DNA of 23,697 bases from Amoeboradix gromovi X-113 (taxonomy: Eukaryota > Fungi > Sanchytriomycota). Positions 9,767 through 19,931 of this stretch are shown piece by piece; position 1 is the first letter of the stretch, and each line of letters starts with the position of its first letter. The stretch lies in NCBI GenBank assembly GCA_018985225.1, contig JADGIF010000068.1, positions 1 to 23,697 on the forward strand. The letters run 5' to 3'. A model generated the notes under the pieces. The model was given only the letters and a program-made list of their open reading frames with translations, searched no databases and was not told where the DNA came from. Made by a program: the position numbers and the translations under genes.

Positions 9767-11392
9767 TCATTTACTAAAGAAGTTGCTATAATCTAATCTT
9801 GCTAGTAATCCGTTCACTCTCATTGTCCACTCCGAATCGTTCTCCTGGCAGGCATTCTTTATCCATTCCTTGAATATATCTAACTTACTTCTCCACATCA
9901 TCAACAACTCCACGACATCCTGTTCCCGTTGTATCATTATTCCTAATTCTCTGGTACACCTCATCAGATCTAAGACTAGCATAACATCATCTACCGGTAA
10001 AAAACAGTTTTGACTCATTCTTATTAACATGGACTGGTGGATAAACTTCAAGTCACTAATCTCCACACTTAAATGCATTTTGTTTATCATTTCAGCCCAA
10101 TAGTGCTCAAGTATCTCACCAGTATATATAGTCATTGTAGTGATAACATGTTTTATATAATTCAGATTGATCAGCAGCGACTTGTTAGTAGGTTTACACT
10201 GCTTTAACTCATACATACTTATTCTTAATAGCCACTGATACTCAAAGAGATTTCTATAGCACTGTTCTATGGATTCATCCATTATCAGCCCAATTAGATC
10301 ATTGCTCTGATATTCTAGTCGGATAAGATCTAGCAAGGTGTGAGTAGTAAGCCGGTTTAATATGCTAGGATTAGACTTGTTTGGTGTGTTGTTTGTCTCA
10401 TCGATCATATAACCACGTCGTTTACTTCTCTTTTTAACCTTTGGATACGAGTATATAAGGCGGTGACAGGATTCATACAGAAGTTGCAATCTATTAGTAC
10501 TGGCAGACTGTTGCTGAATATTCAACTCATTATAAGCCAAATGAATAAAATACTCTATAGAATCACTTGGAAGCAGTAGAAAGTAATATTTGCGAGCGAG
10601 AAGCCATTCAAACAGATGAGATTGTTTTATTTCGTTGATTAGTATAATGTTTGCTTGCAAGTATATAGAACTTATAGAGCTATAAATATCGAGCTTGGAC
10701 TGTTTATTATTGCAGCAGTAACTTGCAAAAATAGAAGGAGTAATGGTAAAGTGGTCATTTACGAACTGAATCCAATGGTCATTGTCATATATAGATTGAT
10801 ACTTTGTGTATTTGGTAATGAAAAGTAGTTTGTCATGAATTTCATCTAATCCGCAAGGTGAAAGGGAATCACAGCCATACTTGATGTTGTTTAACAAATC
10901 ACCCAGTAGTGGTTTGGATATGTGTTCAAGAACATGTTCAATGAGTGTAGAATCTATTTGGATAAGTGCTAATTGAGAAATAATTGCAAGTACGAGATGG
11001 TTAGGAAGAACCAGCGGCGGCTGTTTCAACTTGAGCAATAGAGATTCTCGGATGTCTTTTTTCATAAATAAATCATTATTTAAAACAACAGCTTGCGAGG
11101 ATCGATAATCAGCATCGCTAGATAAAATAGAATTGACAATTGTATTTAATAGTTCCAAAGGCTTCTTGAGTGGATAAAGCATGTTCAACTGTTGATTAGA
11201 ATTTAATGAGAAGCCGTCAGCCATTAGGATATAAAGGTCCTGCATACAATTGCGGGTAAAAGCCTGAAGGGAACCAATTGCATTTGTGCTACAATCCAAA
11301 TCAACAAACTGCAGTAGGTTAGTAGCCAACAGTTTGTAGCTCGCAAGTTCTTTTGCATCCCAGCAACTGGTCAAAATACTCATATGTGTCAT
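9767..11392 (-). CDS. Gamma-tubulin complex component (Spc97/Spc98 GCP family), most like GCP5
   Basis: GRIP2-type motifs: 'ARKYYFLL', 'LDLIRLEYQSNDLIGLIMDESIEQCYRNLF', 'ILEHYWAEM...ISDLKFIHQSMLIRMSQNCFL' and terminal 'LLARLDYSNFF'. The paralog assignment is tentative. Confidence 0.75.
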   Translation of the reverse strand: MTHMSILTSCWDAKELASYKLLATNLLQFVDLDCSTNAIGSLQAFTRNCMQDLYILMADGFSLNSNQQLNMLYPLKKPLELLNTIVNSILSSDADYRSSQAVVLNNDLFMKKDIRESLLLKLKQPPLVLPNHLVLAIISQLALIQIDSTLIEHVLEHISKPLLGDLLNNIKYGCDSLSPCGLDEIHDKLLFITKYTKYQSIYDNDHWIQFVNDHFTITPSIFASYCCNNKQSKLDIYSSISSIYLQANIILINEIKQSHLFEWLLARKYYFLLLPSDSIEYFIHLAYNELNIQQQSASTNRLQLLYESCHRLIYSYPKVKKRSKRRGYMIDETNNTPNKSNPSILNRLTTHTLLDLIRLEYQSNDLIGLIMDESIEQCYRNLFEYQWLLRISMYELKQCKPTNKSLLINLNYIKHVITTMTIYTGEILEHYWAEMINKMHLSVEISDLKFIHQSMLIRMSQNCFLPVDDVMLVLDLMRCTRELGIMIQREQDVVELLMMWRSKLDIFKEWIKNACQENDSEWTMRVNGLLARLDYSNFFSK

Positions 11393-11690
11393 ATTCTACA
11401 GAAACTAGGCAAACGTTTTAAAACAAATGTCTCAAAAAAGCAGAACTATCAAACTGGAGTTGTTCCATCTTTTATAACATGCGCATGAGTTCTTTTTTGG
11501 CGAGCTTGCTCACTAAAACTTCTCTCTTGTTTTGTCATCCATTCTACCCCTGTCTACTTTCCAAAGGCATGTCCTAAATGTTTCAAACAATATGAAAAGA
11601 GAATATGGGACAGAACAGCACAATGTCTTGCGCAGAAATACATGCAGTAAGGCTCATGATCTTGAAATTGATCTGTGTGACAGAATTTTG

Positions 11691-12776
11691 ATGAAACAAG
11701 AAGTCTTACATTCCAATTTTCCAATTGAGAGACAGGTAAATCCTACTAAATTTGACCATTTAATGAGTGAATGGAACAATGCTCTTGATGAATACTTTAA
11801 TAATCATCCTGACGTATTGATATTTGATGTGTATTCCATTTCCAATGACCTCAACTACCCAGGATTGTACACTGCTTTGACCGAATATATAGGTAAACAT
11901 AAGCTTATATTTCAACAGCAGCTACCGTATTTCTGTAACTCTTATTGGAGTTATTTCAAGTTTGTGTTTTGCAAACAGTTCAAGGTTGAACAACGTGTTG
12001 ATAAAATGGAGGGATCCTTAGTTTATCTTCAGAGGCTTCAAAACGTTTCCGATCTTCTCGATAAACAAATATTGCATGATAGATCTTCAAAGCTTTTTAA
12101 TATTACAGATTTTAAACGTCTTCTTTCGACCTTTACGATTGATGTTAACTTCTTGTTTGATTATTTGCAAGCTGCAGGTACTATCAATGTCGATAAAAAC
12201 GCCGTAAAGTACAGCAAAGATCCTATTGTTGCAAGTGATCATCAAATCCTTAATGTTAAAAACACGCTTAGTACGCTTCAGAACAGGTCCGTAAGTCTTG
12301 AGTCAGATATACAGTCACTTCAATCTAATATAATAGCTAATAAACTCAACAAACAGAAAGCTTTGTCATTACTTAAAAAAAGGAAACAATATCAGTCGCT
12401 TTTGCAACAGCGTCAAACTACTATTCAAACATTAGATGACATGCTGATGAAAATAGATGAATGCGAGACCGACAAGCAGATCATGGATGCGTATCAGCAT
12501 GGATCGTCAGTTATCAAGACAACAATGAAGGAATATGGCTTAACCGTTGACAAGGTACATGACACAATCGCGATGGTAAACGAAGTTCTGCAAGATGCAG
12601 AGAACATCAACATTCCTAATTTTACCAGTGATGAAATCGAGAATGAGGTTGAGTTAGAGTTTAACGAGATGCTAAATGACTTGGAAATTAAATCAGAGGT
12701 GAAATTTCCAAGTATTCCAAGCGCTCCTATAAGCGATAAAAATGTGTTAAATACCGAAAATCCTGCTATTGCTTGA
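11691..12776 (+). CDS. CHMP7: CHMP7/Chm7/Cmp7 (ESCRT-II/III hybrid: N-terminal winged helices plus C-terminal Snf7 domain)
   Basis: N-terminal 'LHSNFPIERQVNPTKFDHLMSEW' resembles the CHMP7 start motif. Snf7 domain 'KQKALSLLKKRK...TLDDMLMKIDECETDKQIMDAYQHG...LTVDKVHDTI' and acidic tail 'ELEFNEML...FPSIPS'. Start uncertain: ATG at 11592 or 11691; the ORF track opens at TTG 11532. Confidence 0.85.
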   Translation: MKQEVLHSNFPIERQVNPTKFDHLMSEWNNALDEYFNNHPDVLIFDVYSISNDLNYPGLYTALTEYIGKHKLIFQQQLPYFCNSYWSYFKFVFCKQFKVEQRVDKMEGSLVYLQRLQNVSDLLDKQILHDRSSKLFNITDFKRLLSTFTIDVNFLFDYLQAAGTINVDKNAVKYSKDPIVASDHQILNVKNTLSTLQNRSVSLESDIQSLQSNIIANKLNKQKALSLLKKRKQYQSLLQQRQTTIQTLDDMLMKIDECETDKQIMDAYQHGSSVIKTTMKEYGLTVDKVHDTIAMVNEVLQDAENINIPNFTSDEIENEVELEFNEMLNDLEIKSEVKFPSIPSAPISDKNVLNTENPAIA

Positions 12777-12807
12777 TCTTCGAGTCAAACTAAATAAACT
12801 AATTTTA

Positions 12808-14714
12808 TTAAATGTTCATTGAAGAGTCAAAGTGTTCCAAACAAGTTTTCACTCTTCCTCGCACATCAGCATCTACATCCTGTAAATGTTGTTTTAGTTT
12901 GTCCTGAAAGCCATAGTTCCTTAATTTTTCAGTTCTAGTAAAACTTTCCATTTCGTCTTGCCATGTTAAGTTGATTATTGCCCATACCGAGGCTACCCTT
13001 ATACTGGCTTGCTCATGTGATATGTAATTGTACAACGCCTGTATTAATATATCAGATGCCAATATGGCTGATTTGTGGTTGTTATTACCAGTAGCTACAT
13101 TGACTACAACATACAATGCTTGCTGCAGTACCTGTGTGTTCACATTTCTTACTTTAGATTCTAAAAGTCTAATAAATTGGTTTGGATTAAATCCTTTGAA
13201 AACATCTTCAATATCCTAAATTAAAAGCTAATTACGATTTCGTCCATGCATGCTAGGTTTCTTATAAGGTTCAGTGCATGCTCCTGAATACTAGCATCAT
13301 CTTCCAGTAACAAATTTAATCGATCAAATGTTAAGCACTGCATAACTCGCTGCTTTAATGCTGTTTTGCTTTGATAAACAAGATTTTTTAGCGCCCATAT
13401 AGCATTTAATCTTAGCTTGATATTGGGTGAATGTACAAGAGCAACTAAAAACTCAATTCCCCCATTTTCAGTTACTTCATCTTTAACTGGACTAAAATCC
13501 AATACAATATTACAAAGAGTGGCACAAGCACTTATTTTTACATCATCGACGGGGTCCTTTAAAAGTGTTAAGATAGATTTAACAATCGAGGCATCGACAA
13601 GTGCAGTTCTTAGTGTTTTCACGGATCTGCTCAGTGAGCGCGTCAATTGGCAGGCTGATGATCTAATTGATATGTTCTTGCTGTTTAACAACCTGCTAAC
13701 CATTCCTAGAACTTTGGTGTCAATCACTTTCTTTCTGCAATCCTCCCTCAGCGACGAAATAGAACTAAGGGCCGTTAGTGAAGCTTCTACTTGCAGTACT
13801 AAAAGCTCATTAGCATCCTCTGTCCACGACTTTACCACTTGTGATAGCTTGGGAATAGCCTCAGCTTCGCTCGCCGCTTTTTGCAATTCTTCAGACCCAC
13901 TTGTTAGATAAGCTAAAACAAGAGCCGCCTTGTAATCAACTTCAGAGTTGAGAAGCTTCACCAGGGTAGGCAGCACAACTAAATTTACTTCTCTTTGTAA
14001 CTCATTGGCAACGTTGACTGCAAATAAATTTACCAAACAAGAGCACACAATTAGTTTGTCATTTGAATGCCTCATAGATTTGCATAAAGAGACCAATAGA
14101 GTGGACAAAAGTACCTGCTTGTCTCCGATTGCCAATTTCAGAGACATAACATGTTTAGCAATTTCTTGATTCTCTTTTAGAATGGCAGAAAGAGCTAACA
14201 AACAGTAGCTGACTAATTTAGGGTTATCACTAGATAGTAGCTGAATTATTTTGTCCATTCCACCACTTTCAGCAACCAGAGACTGATGTTGTTTGGTTTT
14301 GCAAATCTTGGAGAGAAGTTCGCACAATACAAGCGAGAGCTTAAATTTTGATTGATCCATGCTGTCAACAATACTTAATATGTTGCCATGTCCAACAGCG
14401 AATGTGTTGGATTCGTATACTGACCGCAGACATTTTGCTGCAGCAATCTTTGTGTCTACGTTTGTCGATTTAGAAAATAAGTCCCAAACTAGCTCACATT
14501 TTTCATGAGAAATAACAGCTTGAGGAATCAGCAAGCAGGAAGAAAGAAAAATTAGGGTATGCTGGAGAATTATTTCATCATGGATGCTAGACATTGAATT
14601 CAAAAGAGCATCGTATGTACCATCTTGTATACAAGACAGCTTCTCAAATGGATTACCGATCACTTTATTTCTTAGTATTTTGATTTCTTGTTCCGAAATA
14701 TTTGATTGAACCAT
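12808..14714 (-). CDS. ARMC8: Armadillo-repeat protein ARMC8/Vid28(Gid5), GID/CTLH E3 ligase subunit; two exons (14714-13236 and 13215-12808), 628 aa
   Basis: 'LRNKVIGNPFEK', 'ACQLTRSLSRSVKTLRTALVD', 'ATLCNIVLDFSPVK', 'LRLNAIWALKNL'. The downstream 111-aa ORF ('LYVVVNVATG...RVASVWAIINLTW...DADVRGRVK') is the family's C-terminus and joins in frame after removal of a 20-nt GT-AG intron. Confidence 0.9.
13216..13235 (-). other. 20-nt spliceosomal intron (GTAATTAGCTTTTAATTTAG), phase 0, in ARMC8
   Basis: GT...AG ends. Removal joins ...GAC GAA ATC | GAT ATT GAA GAT... and restores the conserved C-terminal ARM repeats. Confidence 0.9.
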
Positions 14715-15366
14715 TGTTTGGAAAATAATGGATTCCAGTTAAGATTTTTTGATGGTTTTCATCTTGAATCGTCAGAGCCAGTGGTGCTAGAGTTAGCAAG
14801 CAATTTGTGCGGTAGTGTTTTTTAGGTTCTCCAAGAGTCGACAAGGTCGGCGTGAAATATAAGGACCAATTTAAATGGAAATGTAATAATTCAATTTTGG
14901 AGAATTTAACAAGTGAATCGACCGTAGGATAAGGAACAATGATTGTCATTCATTTATTGTTTTACGAAAAGGAAAATAGACAAAAGATGTTCATACGCAA
15001 ATCTTAAAAGATTTTTATGATGAAGCTAAAGCAGTCGCTGCGCCCACCTAGTTCCAAAAGGTCATTAAGACAATAAACCAGAACATAAAGTCATTCTACT
15101 AATGAGCGTTAAAGCATCAAGTTGACAGAGATGAAATTATAGTAAAACTATTCTTTTAATCTCCAGCTGATGAGCATAGCCTATTTTTGTAAAAACCGGA
15201 GCAACTTTTTTTAGAGACAGTGTCCGAATCGCTGTCGAAGTATCCAAGAGATTCCTTAATTCTGTGATTTCGTGTACAATGATTTCTAATTTCAAAGATA
15301 CTACTCGGCATCCTGATTGGTTATCAGACAACAAATGACTCAAAAACCGACGGAGTACTTTTTACA

Positions 15367-16296
15367 ATGCAATGGGTTTTACAAATTGTTTTAATGATGG
15401 GTATACCGTACGCTATCCAGAAGTTTTCGAATTGGAGAACTGCTAAGGTCTTTACAAAGCAGGAGTATAGATTGAAGGAACAGGAAAAAAGAAGAGGCCA
15501 CTCTATCTTTGCGAATGTTTTGTTGCTAACATCATTGGTAATCTTTGGCTACTTAATTTTGAATCCTGATGAATCCATGTTCACCAAAATTGGGTTGAGC
15601 CCTAAAACTAGAAATTATGAGTTGCGAAATACTTTAAGATCGTATCTAAGCGATATGATACCTAGTGATCCTGCGTATCATATTAACAGTATGGATCCCG
15701 TTAGCATATCTGGGGCTACCAATGATTACGATAAAATAAAGGTTTGGTATGAAATGATGAAAAACAAAGGTAAAAGATCATTGTATACATCTTACGGTGA
15801 TGCTATTTACTGTGAATTCTGCAAGTATGAAATTGACTACGCTTTCTATTACGCTCCAGAAGTCCTTAAGTGCTATCTCGGTCTCTTTTTACTTATTGGA
15901 TTGGTTACTATGACTTATCACAAATCTCAATGGCGTCTTAGTGCCAGCGTATTTGCAGCATCTATGCTAGTCTCTGAGATGTCTCTCATATTTATGAGCA
16001 AGGAAACATTAGACATGGTTCAATATTCTTATGCTTGGGATAGAGCAAATCAAGCAAGACATGTTTTGTTTTTTCTTCTTACTGTTGCCATGTTGGCTCA
16101 AAATAAACCAAACGTCACAAAGGACGATACACAAGAGATGTATTGTGATGAATTGGATATCTTAAGCTTTAAAATATTCAAAATTGCGAAATTATTGCAG
16201 CTGAAACAGCAGGTGGATAGCGGCAGCACTATTGGACCTATTCACCCTTCCAAGAAACATTTGCTACAGCATATTGTAGTTGAAAGAGAGATTTAA
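15367..16296 (+). CDS. Uncharacterised multi-pass membrane protein with a degenerate J-domain-like segment and a CxxC motif
   Basis: 309-aa ORF with about 5 hydrophobic segments. 'MFTKIGLSPKTRNYELRNTLR...YEMMKNKGKRSLYTSYG' resembles J-domain helices but has no HPD; it is followed by 'CEFC'. Confidence 0.7.
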   Translation: MQWVLQIVLMMGIPYAIQKFSNWRTAKVFTKQEYRLKEQEKRRGHSIFANVLLLTSLVIFGYLILNPDESMFTKIGLSPKTRNYELRNTLRSYLSDMIPSDPAYHINSMDPVSISGATNDYDKIKVWYEMMKNKGKRSLYTSYGDAIYCEFCKYEIDYAFYYAPEVLKCYLGLFLLIGLVTMTYHKSQWRLSASVFAASMLVSEMSLIFMSKETLDMVQYSYAWDRANQARHVLFFLLTVAMLAQNKPNVTKDDTQEMYCDELDILSFKIFKIAKLLQLKQQVDSGSTIGPIHPSKKHLLQHIVVEREI

Positions 16297-16334
16297 AACT
16301 AAGTAAATTTCTTGAGTTATAATTTATAAAATAT

Positions 16335-19280
16335 TTATTCAGACATGCTCGTATCCGTATCCCATTCACTCTCTCCATCTTCCGCATTATCAAATTCAAA
16401 GTTCTCTGTAATGCACTTGTAGCCAATCCCCTCAAATTCTTTGATCTGATCATGCAGTTTGCTCTGTTGTAAAACAATCACAATGGTTGATTCCATTCCA
16501 AAAAGAGGCATAATATACTTAGACAGAGCCTCTATTAAATCCTGCTTCGTTATGTTTGGCAATTCATGTATTACCTCATTTAGCATATCCTTTCTTTTCT
16601 TGCACAATACCGTCCTCTGAAAGCATTTATTAGCAGCGTTATACAATGTCTTCTCTTGAATGGTTTTTGAATATATCAGTGATGATTTGGCACCCTCAAA
16701 CTGCTCAGTTGTCAATAGTTCAGAATTCGAACAATATTCTTCAACTACTTTCTTAGCAGCGATAAGCGCTTTAAATGGATTGTTACATTCACTAATGTAT
16801 AATTCCAACAATCCAGATTCCATTGATGTTGATAAACTACATCCATAAGCAAGTCCAGCCCCTCTTATCTTTCTCCAAAATGGTCCTTCAGTTGTTTCTA
16901 AAAATTCTAGAGTCAATGCTACTAATGGAGTCAACTCATACTTAAAGTTCATTGAGATTTGAATATATCCACTTTCCATTGATTTTGGTGCATAAAAATA
17001 GCATGTATTCAATTTTAAGTCCAAGTACTCTCTAGAGGTCCCGATCTTTAGTTCAATTGGACAAGGCATTGAGATTTTATCAGCTTGATTGTAAACAGAA
17101 GAAAGCTGTTCTTTATTGCCCATATAATGTATCAGAGCACTCGAACGTTGCAATTCCTTAATCACACTATTTAGTTGACTGCAAACCGCTTGAGCATCAG
17201 CATGAATAAGATTTGATGTCATGTGGTGTTGCTTGAATAGGTTGCTGATTGATTTGTTGCTGTTTGTATAATTTCTATAATAGAACAAGCTCTCAGTACA
17301 TAAACTGCCATCTCTCTTAATATTCGACAAATCTTTGCTTAACTTCTGCAGTGCACTTCTGACACGTTCCGGAGTTATATGTAGATCATATATGTTATTG
17401 ATTAAATGGTTTACACCCAGGTAAGCTTTTTTAGCAATTGTGCGGATAGTCAGAACCAAATACTCACCAAAGTATCCGCATTTAAATGAGTCACCATTTA
17501 GTCCACAACTAGAATGGAAGTCTAATGCGTCAGACTCTAACTCATTCAAAACTGATGGTAGATCGATAACTTTTGAATCAATAATTAATTCGCAATTAAA
17601 AAACAAACTGTTAAGCAATGGCAATAGTGACTTGTGATGAATTGACAAGTTTGCTGTATCAATCCATAGTTGTACAGTACTAAACGCAGACTCATAGACA
17701 TCACATTGTAAAAATGGTGCTATTGGAGCCTTGCTAAGCTTGTTAAGAGTTTCTTGAGTCTCGTTGTGTTCTATTTTATACTCTACAGGAAACCTACCAG
17801 TCTCTATGTATAGTGGATTAATTTTCAACTTATAGGACGGAAATTCATGAAATACAGTTGCTGGAACTGGCCTCTCATTGTACTTAATAGCAGAATGTAG
17901 TTTGTCCTTTAACTCCTGCTGTCTTTTACTATACTCGTGTCTCAAGTATTCATTTCTGGCTGATTTTTCACTTTTAATTTTTTTATTTAATTCAATGCTA
18001 GGGGATTGCACCACCACTACACAATGTCTATCGATGATATAATCCTGCAAGATGCCTTGCCAGTATTTCACATCCTTAGTCAATAGAATATTCAGCTCAT
18101 CAATTGGATTGCAATTATCTAACAACTGAGAGTCCTTTAAATACAGGAAATTAGGAATGATTATGTCGAGCAGGCAATGGCTCGGTTTATTCTCTAAATC
18201 GTAAAGTAGTTGATTTTTAACTCTGTTCAGTGCTAAAGTTAGTCTGTTAAAGTCAATAGTGTGGTTTTTTATTAACTGTTGCATTTTGGTGTGGATCTCA
18301 TGTAATAGATCAACGGATACATCGTTACATATAACATAATAATTAGGGACTATTCTGTAGTCCATGTGCGCATCTACGCTGCTGCAATAACTGTTCAACT
18401 CGGTAAAATAATGTTGTAACAAACTAGCTGATGAATCAGTCAAATAAACTAATATCATTGAAATGCTGTTATTAACAAGAGTGTCTGTGATATCTTCAGT
18501 CAGCCAAGAGATGCTTACATTCCCTACATCTTCAATCGCATTTGGAAATAAAATGGATTTTGATGTCGACTGCGATAATGGTTTAATTGCAACGTCAGAC
18601 CAGGGTTTTTCAGGTAAAGGTAACACATCGCCAGCGACCTCGTCTAACTTGAGAATTAACTCGTCCAACTTGTCATCGGGATATGTGCCGCAAATGATTA
18701 GAAGTGTGCGATTAGGATGGTAATATTTGGTGTGATAATTAACAATTTCTGACAGAGAGAGTTTTTGAATATCGCTTGTTAAACCGCCGCACTCATATAT
18801 GTAAGGGCTATTTGGATAGACTTGTTTTAGTATCTCGTGTTGTAAAATATCATCAGCACTGTTCTCACGCGCTTCCATTTCGCAATAAACAACGCCAGCA
18901 TCCTTAAACTCAGGAGTTATATGGTGAACCTCTGTCATATAAGCAGAATCTGTCATCGTAGGATGCAAAATATGATCATAATACACAGGTAACAATAAGT
19001 GTAATCCCTCCCAGCTAACAGTATCAAGAGTATACGCTGTATGATCTACGTCAGTCCAAGCATTGGTGCCATTGGCGTAACACCTGTTAGCTAAAACGTC
19101 CAATATTCCTTTAAATGGATATCTTTTTGACCCCATAAATATCTTATGCTCTAGGCAATGAGCATGGCCTTTATTATTAATACCCTCGGTAGGGATCACA
19201 AAAGTACTTGAAGCAATAAGAGAAGGATACTTCACATGCACAATTTTCGAATATTTTCCAACTTTAACGTTGATTTGCAT
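16335..19280 (-). CDS. M16C-family zinc metallopeptidase (presequence-protease-related; C05D11.1/YOL098C-like)
   Basis: Inverted zinc motif HxxEH ('HCLEHKIFMGSKRYPFKG'), 'NAWTDVDHTAYT', 'GVVYCEM', 'YHTKYYHP', and C-terminal 'EGPFWRKIRGAGLAYG'. Confidence 0.92.
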   Translation of the reverse strand: MQINVKVGKYSKIVHVKYPSLIASSTFVIPTEGINNKGHAHCLEHKIFMGSKRYPFKGILDVLANRCYANGTNAWTDVDHTAYTLDTVSWEGLHLLLPVYYDHILHPTMTDSAYMTEVHHITPEFKDAGVVYCEMEARENSADDILQHEILKQVYPNSPYIYECGGLTSDIQKLSLSEIVNYHTKYYHPNRTLLIICGTYPDDKLDELILKLDEVAGDVLPLPEKPWSDVAIKPLSQSTSKSILFPNAIEDVGNVSISWLTEDITDTLVNNSISMILVYLTDSSASLLQHYFTELNSYCSSVDAHMDYRIVPNYYVICNDVSVDLLHEIHTKMQQLIKNHTIDFNRLTLALNRVKNQLLYDLENKPSHCLLDIIIPNFLYLKDSQLLDNCNPIDELNILLTKDVKYWQGILQDYIIDRHCVVVVQSPSIELNKKIKSEKSARNEYLRHEYSKRQQELKDKLHSAIKYNERPVPATVFHEFPSYKLKINPLYIETGRFPVEYKIEHNETQETLNKLSKAPIAPFLQCDVYESAFSTVQLWIDTANLSIHHKSLLPLLNSLFFNCELIIDSKVIDLPSVLNELESDALDFHSSCGLNGDSFKCGYFGEYLVLTIRTIAKKAYLGVNHLINNIYDLHITPERVRSALQKLSKDLSNIKRDGSLCTESLFYYRNYTNSNKSISNLFKQHHMTSNLIHADAQAVCSQLNSVIKELQRSSALIHYMGNKEQLSSVYNQADKISMPCPIELKIGTSREYLDLKLNTCYFYAPKSMESGYIQISMNFKYELTPLVALTLEFLETTEGPFWRKIRGAGLAYGCSLSTSMESGLLELYISECNNPFKALIAAKKVVEEYCSNSELLTTEQFEGAKSSLIYSKTIQEKTLYNAANKCFQRTVLCKKRKDMLNEVIHELPNITKQDLIEALSKYIMPLFGMESTIVIVLQQSKLHDQIKEFEGIGYKCITENFEFDNAEDGESEWDTDTSMSE

Positions 19281-19390
19281 GTTTGAATAAACCCCATCTT
19301 TTTATATTAATCAGAGGATACTTAAATAACTACTGGGCTGATGGTAAGAAGTGTAAATGCAGTGCATCTTAATGCACGACTAGGCCCATA

Positions 19391-19906
19391 ATGTTGTTAC
19401 AAGTTTTGAAGTATGTTTTCTTTCATGGTTCGTATTTAACGGGTAATTATATATACGCAAAGAAAAACATTAACAAATATAAATCTATTCTAACTACCAT
19501 GTATTTGACTTTTGATTTCGCAATATTAATGGATGTATTGGAATTGGAACAAGATACTATGCAGTTCATCGGATCGCTATGGACAGTAATCAGCTTTTTG
19601 ACAATTTTAAGTGGTTCCTTGTTAATTTTAGCTAGCGCAAAGATATGTCAAGATAAAATGTATGTACATGGCTTTAGACCATTTAGAGGTGGCATCTATG
19701 AGCATTTAACTGATCCATTTTACTACGGTAAAGCCTTGCTATTACTTGGAATCTCCATTAACAACCAATCATTAGCTGGCGTGTTAACCTCTTCGTTTTT
19801 ATACGCTTTGAGCAACATGGGCGTAGCACTTGTTGAGAAGAATACAATAAATGCTTGGATTACAAACTTTGGCAAAAGAAGAGATTCCAAAACTTCTAAA
19901 GAATAG
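19391..19906 (+). CDS. Phospholipid methyltransferase family (PEMT/Opi3-like, ICMT superfamily) membrane protein, divergent
   Basis: 171-aa hydrophobic protein. 'GGIYEHLTDPFYYGKALLLLG...SLAGVLTS...ALVEKNTINAW' matches the 'G.y....nPmY.G..l...G' SAM-binding motif and the downstream conserved Glu. Confidence 0.7.
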   Translation: MLLQVLKYVFFHGSYLTGNYIYAKKNINKYKSILTTMYLTFDFAILMDVLELEQDTMQFIGSLWTVISFLTILSGSLLILASAKICQDKMYVHGFRPFRGGIYEHLTDPFYYGKALLLLGISINNQSLAGVLTSSFLYALSNMGVALVEKNTINAWITNFGKRRDSKTSKE

Positions 19907-19931
19907 GAAACAATAAATCAAGTACAAGTTG

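Noticed and set aside
11393-11480. Upstream exon for the GCP gene via 19-, 20- or 29-nt GT-AG candidates
   Set aside because: Each model hits a stop or is out of frame with the 541-aa ORF.
12808-13143. 111-aa ORF as a separate gene, or ARMC8 as a frameshifted pseudogene
   Set aside because: It starts at GTG and is exon 2 of ARMC8; a clean GT-AG intron restores the frame.
14850-15110. Possible decayed transposase (WKC...C-like fragments)
   Set aside because: Too fragmentary; no terminal repeats, target-site duplication or catalytic motif visible.
19341-19390. ATG followed by a 19-nt GTAAG...CAG intron candidate upstream of PEMT
   Set aside because: The spliced frame stops at TAG after a few codons and does not join the PEMT ORF; at most a 5' UTR intron or uORF.
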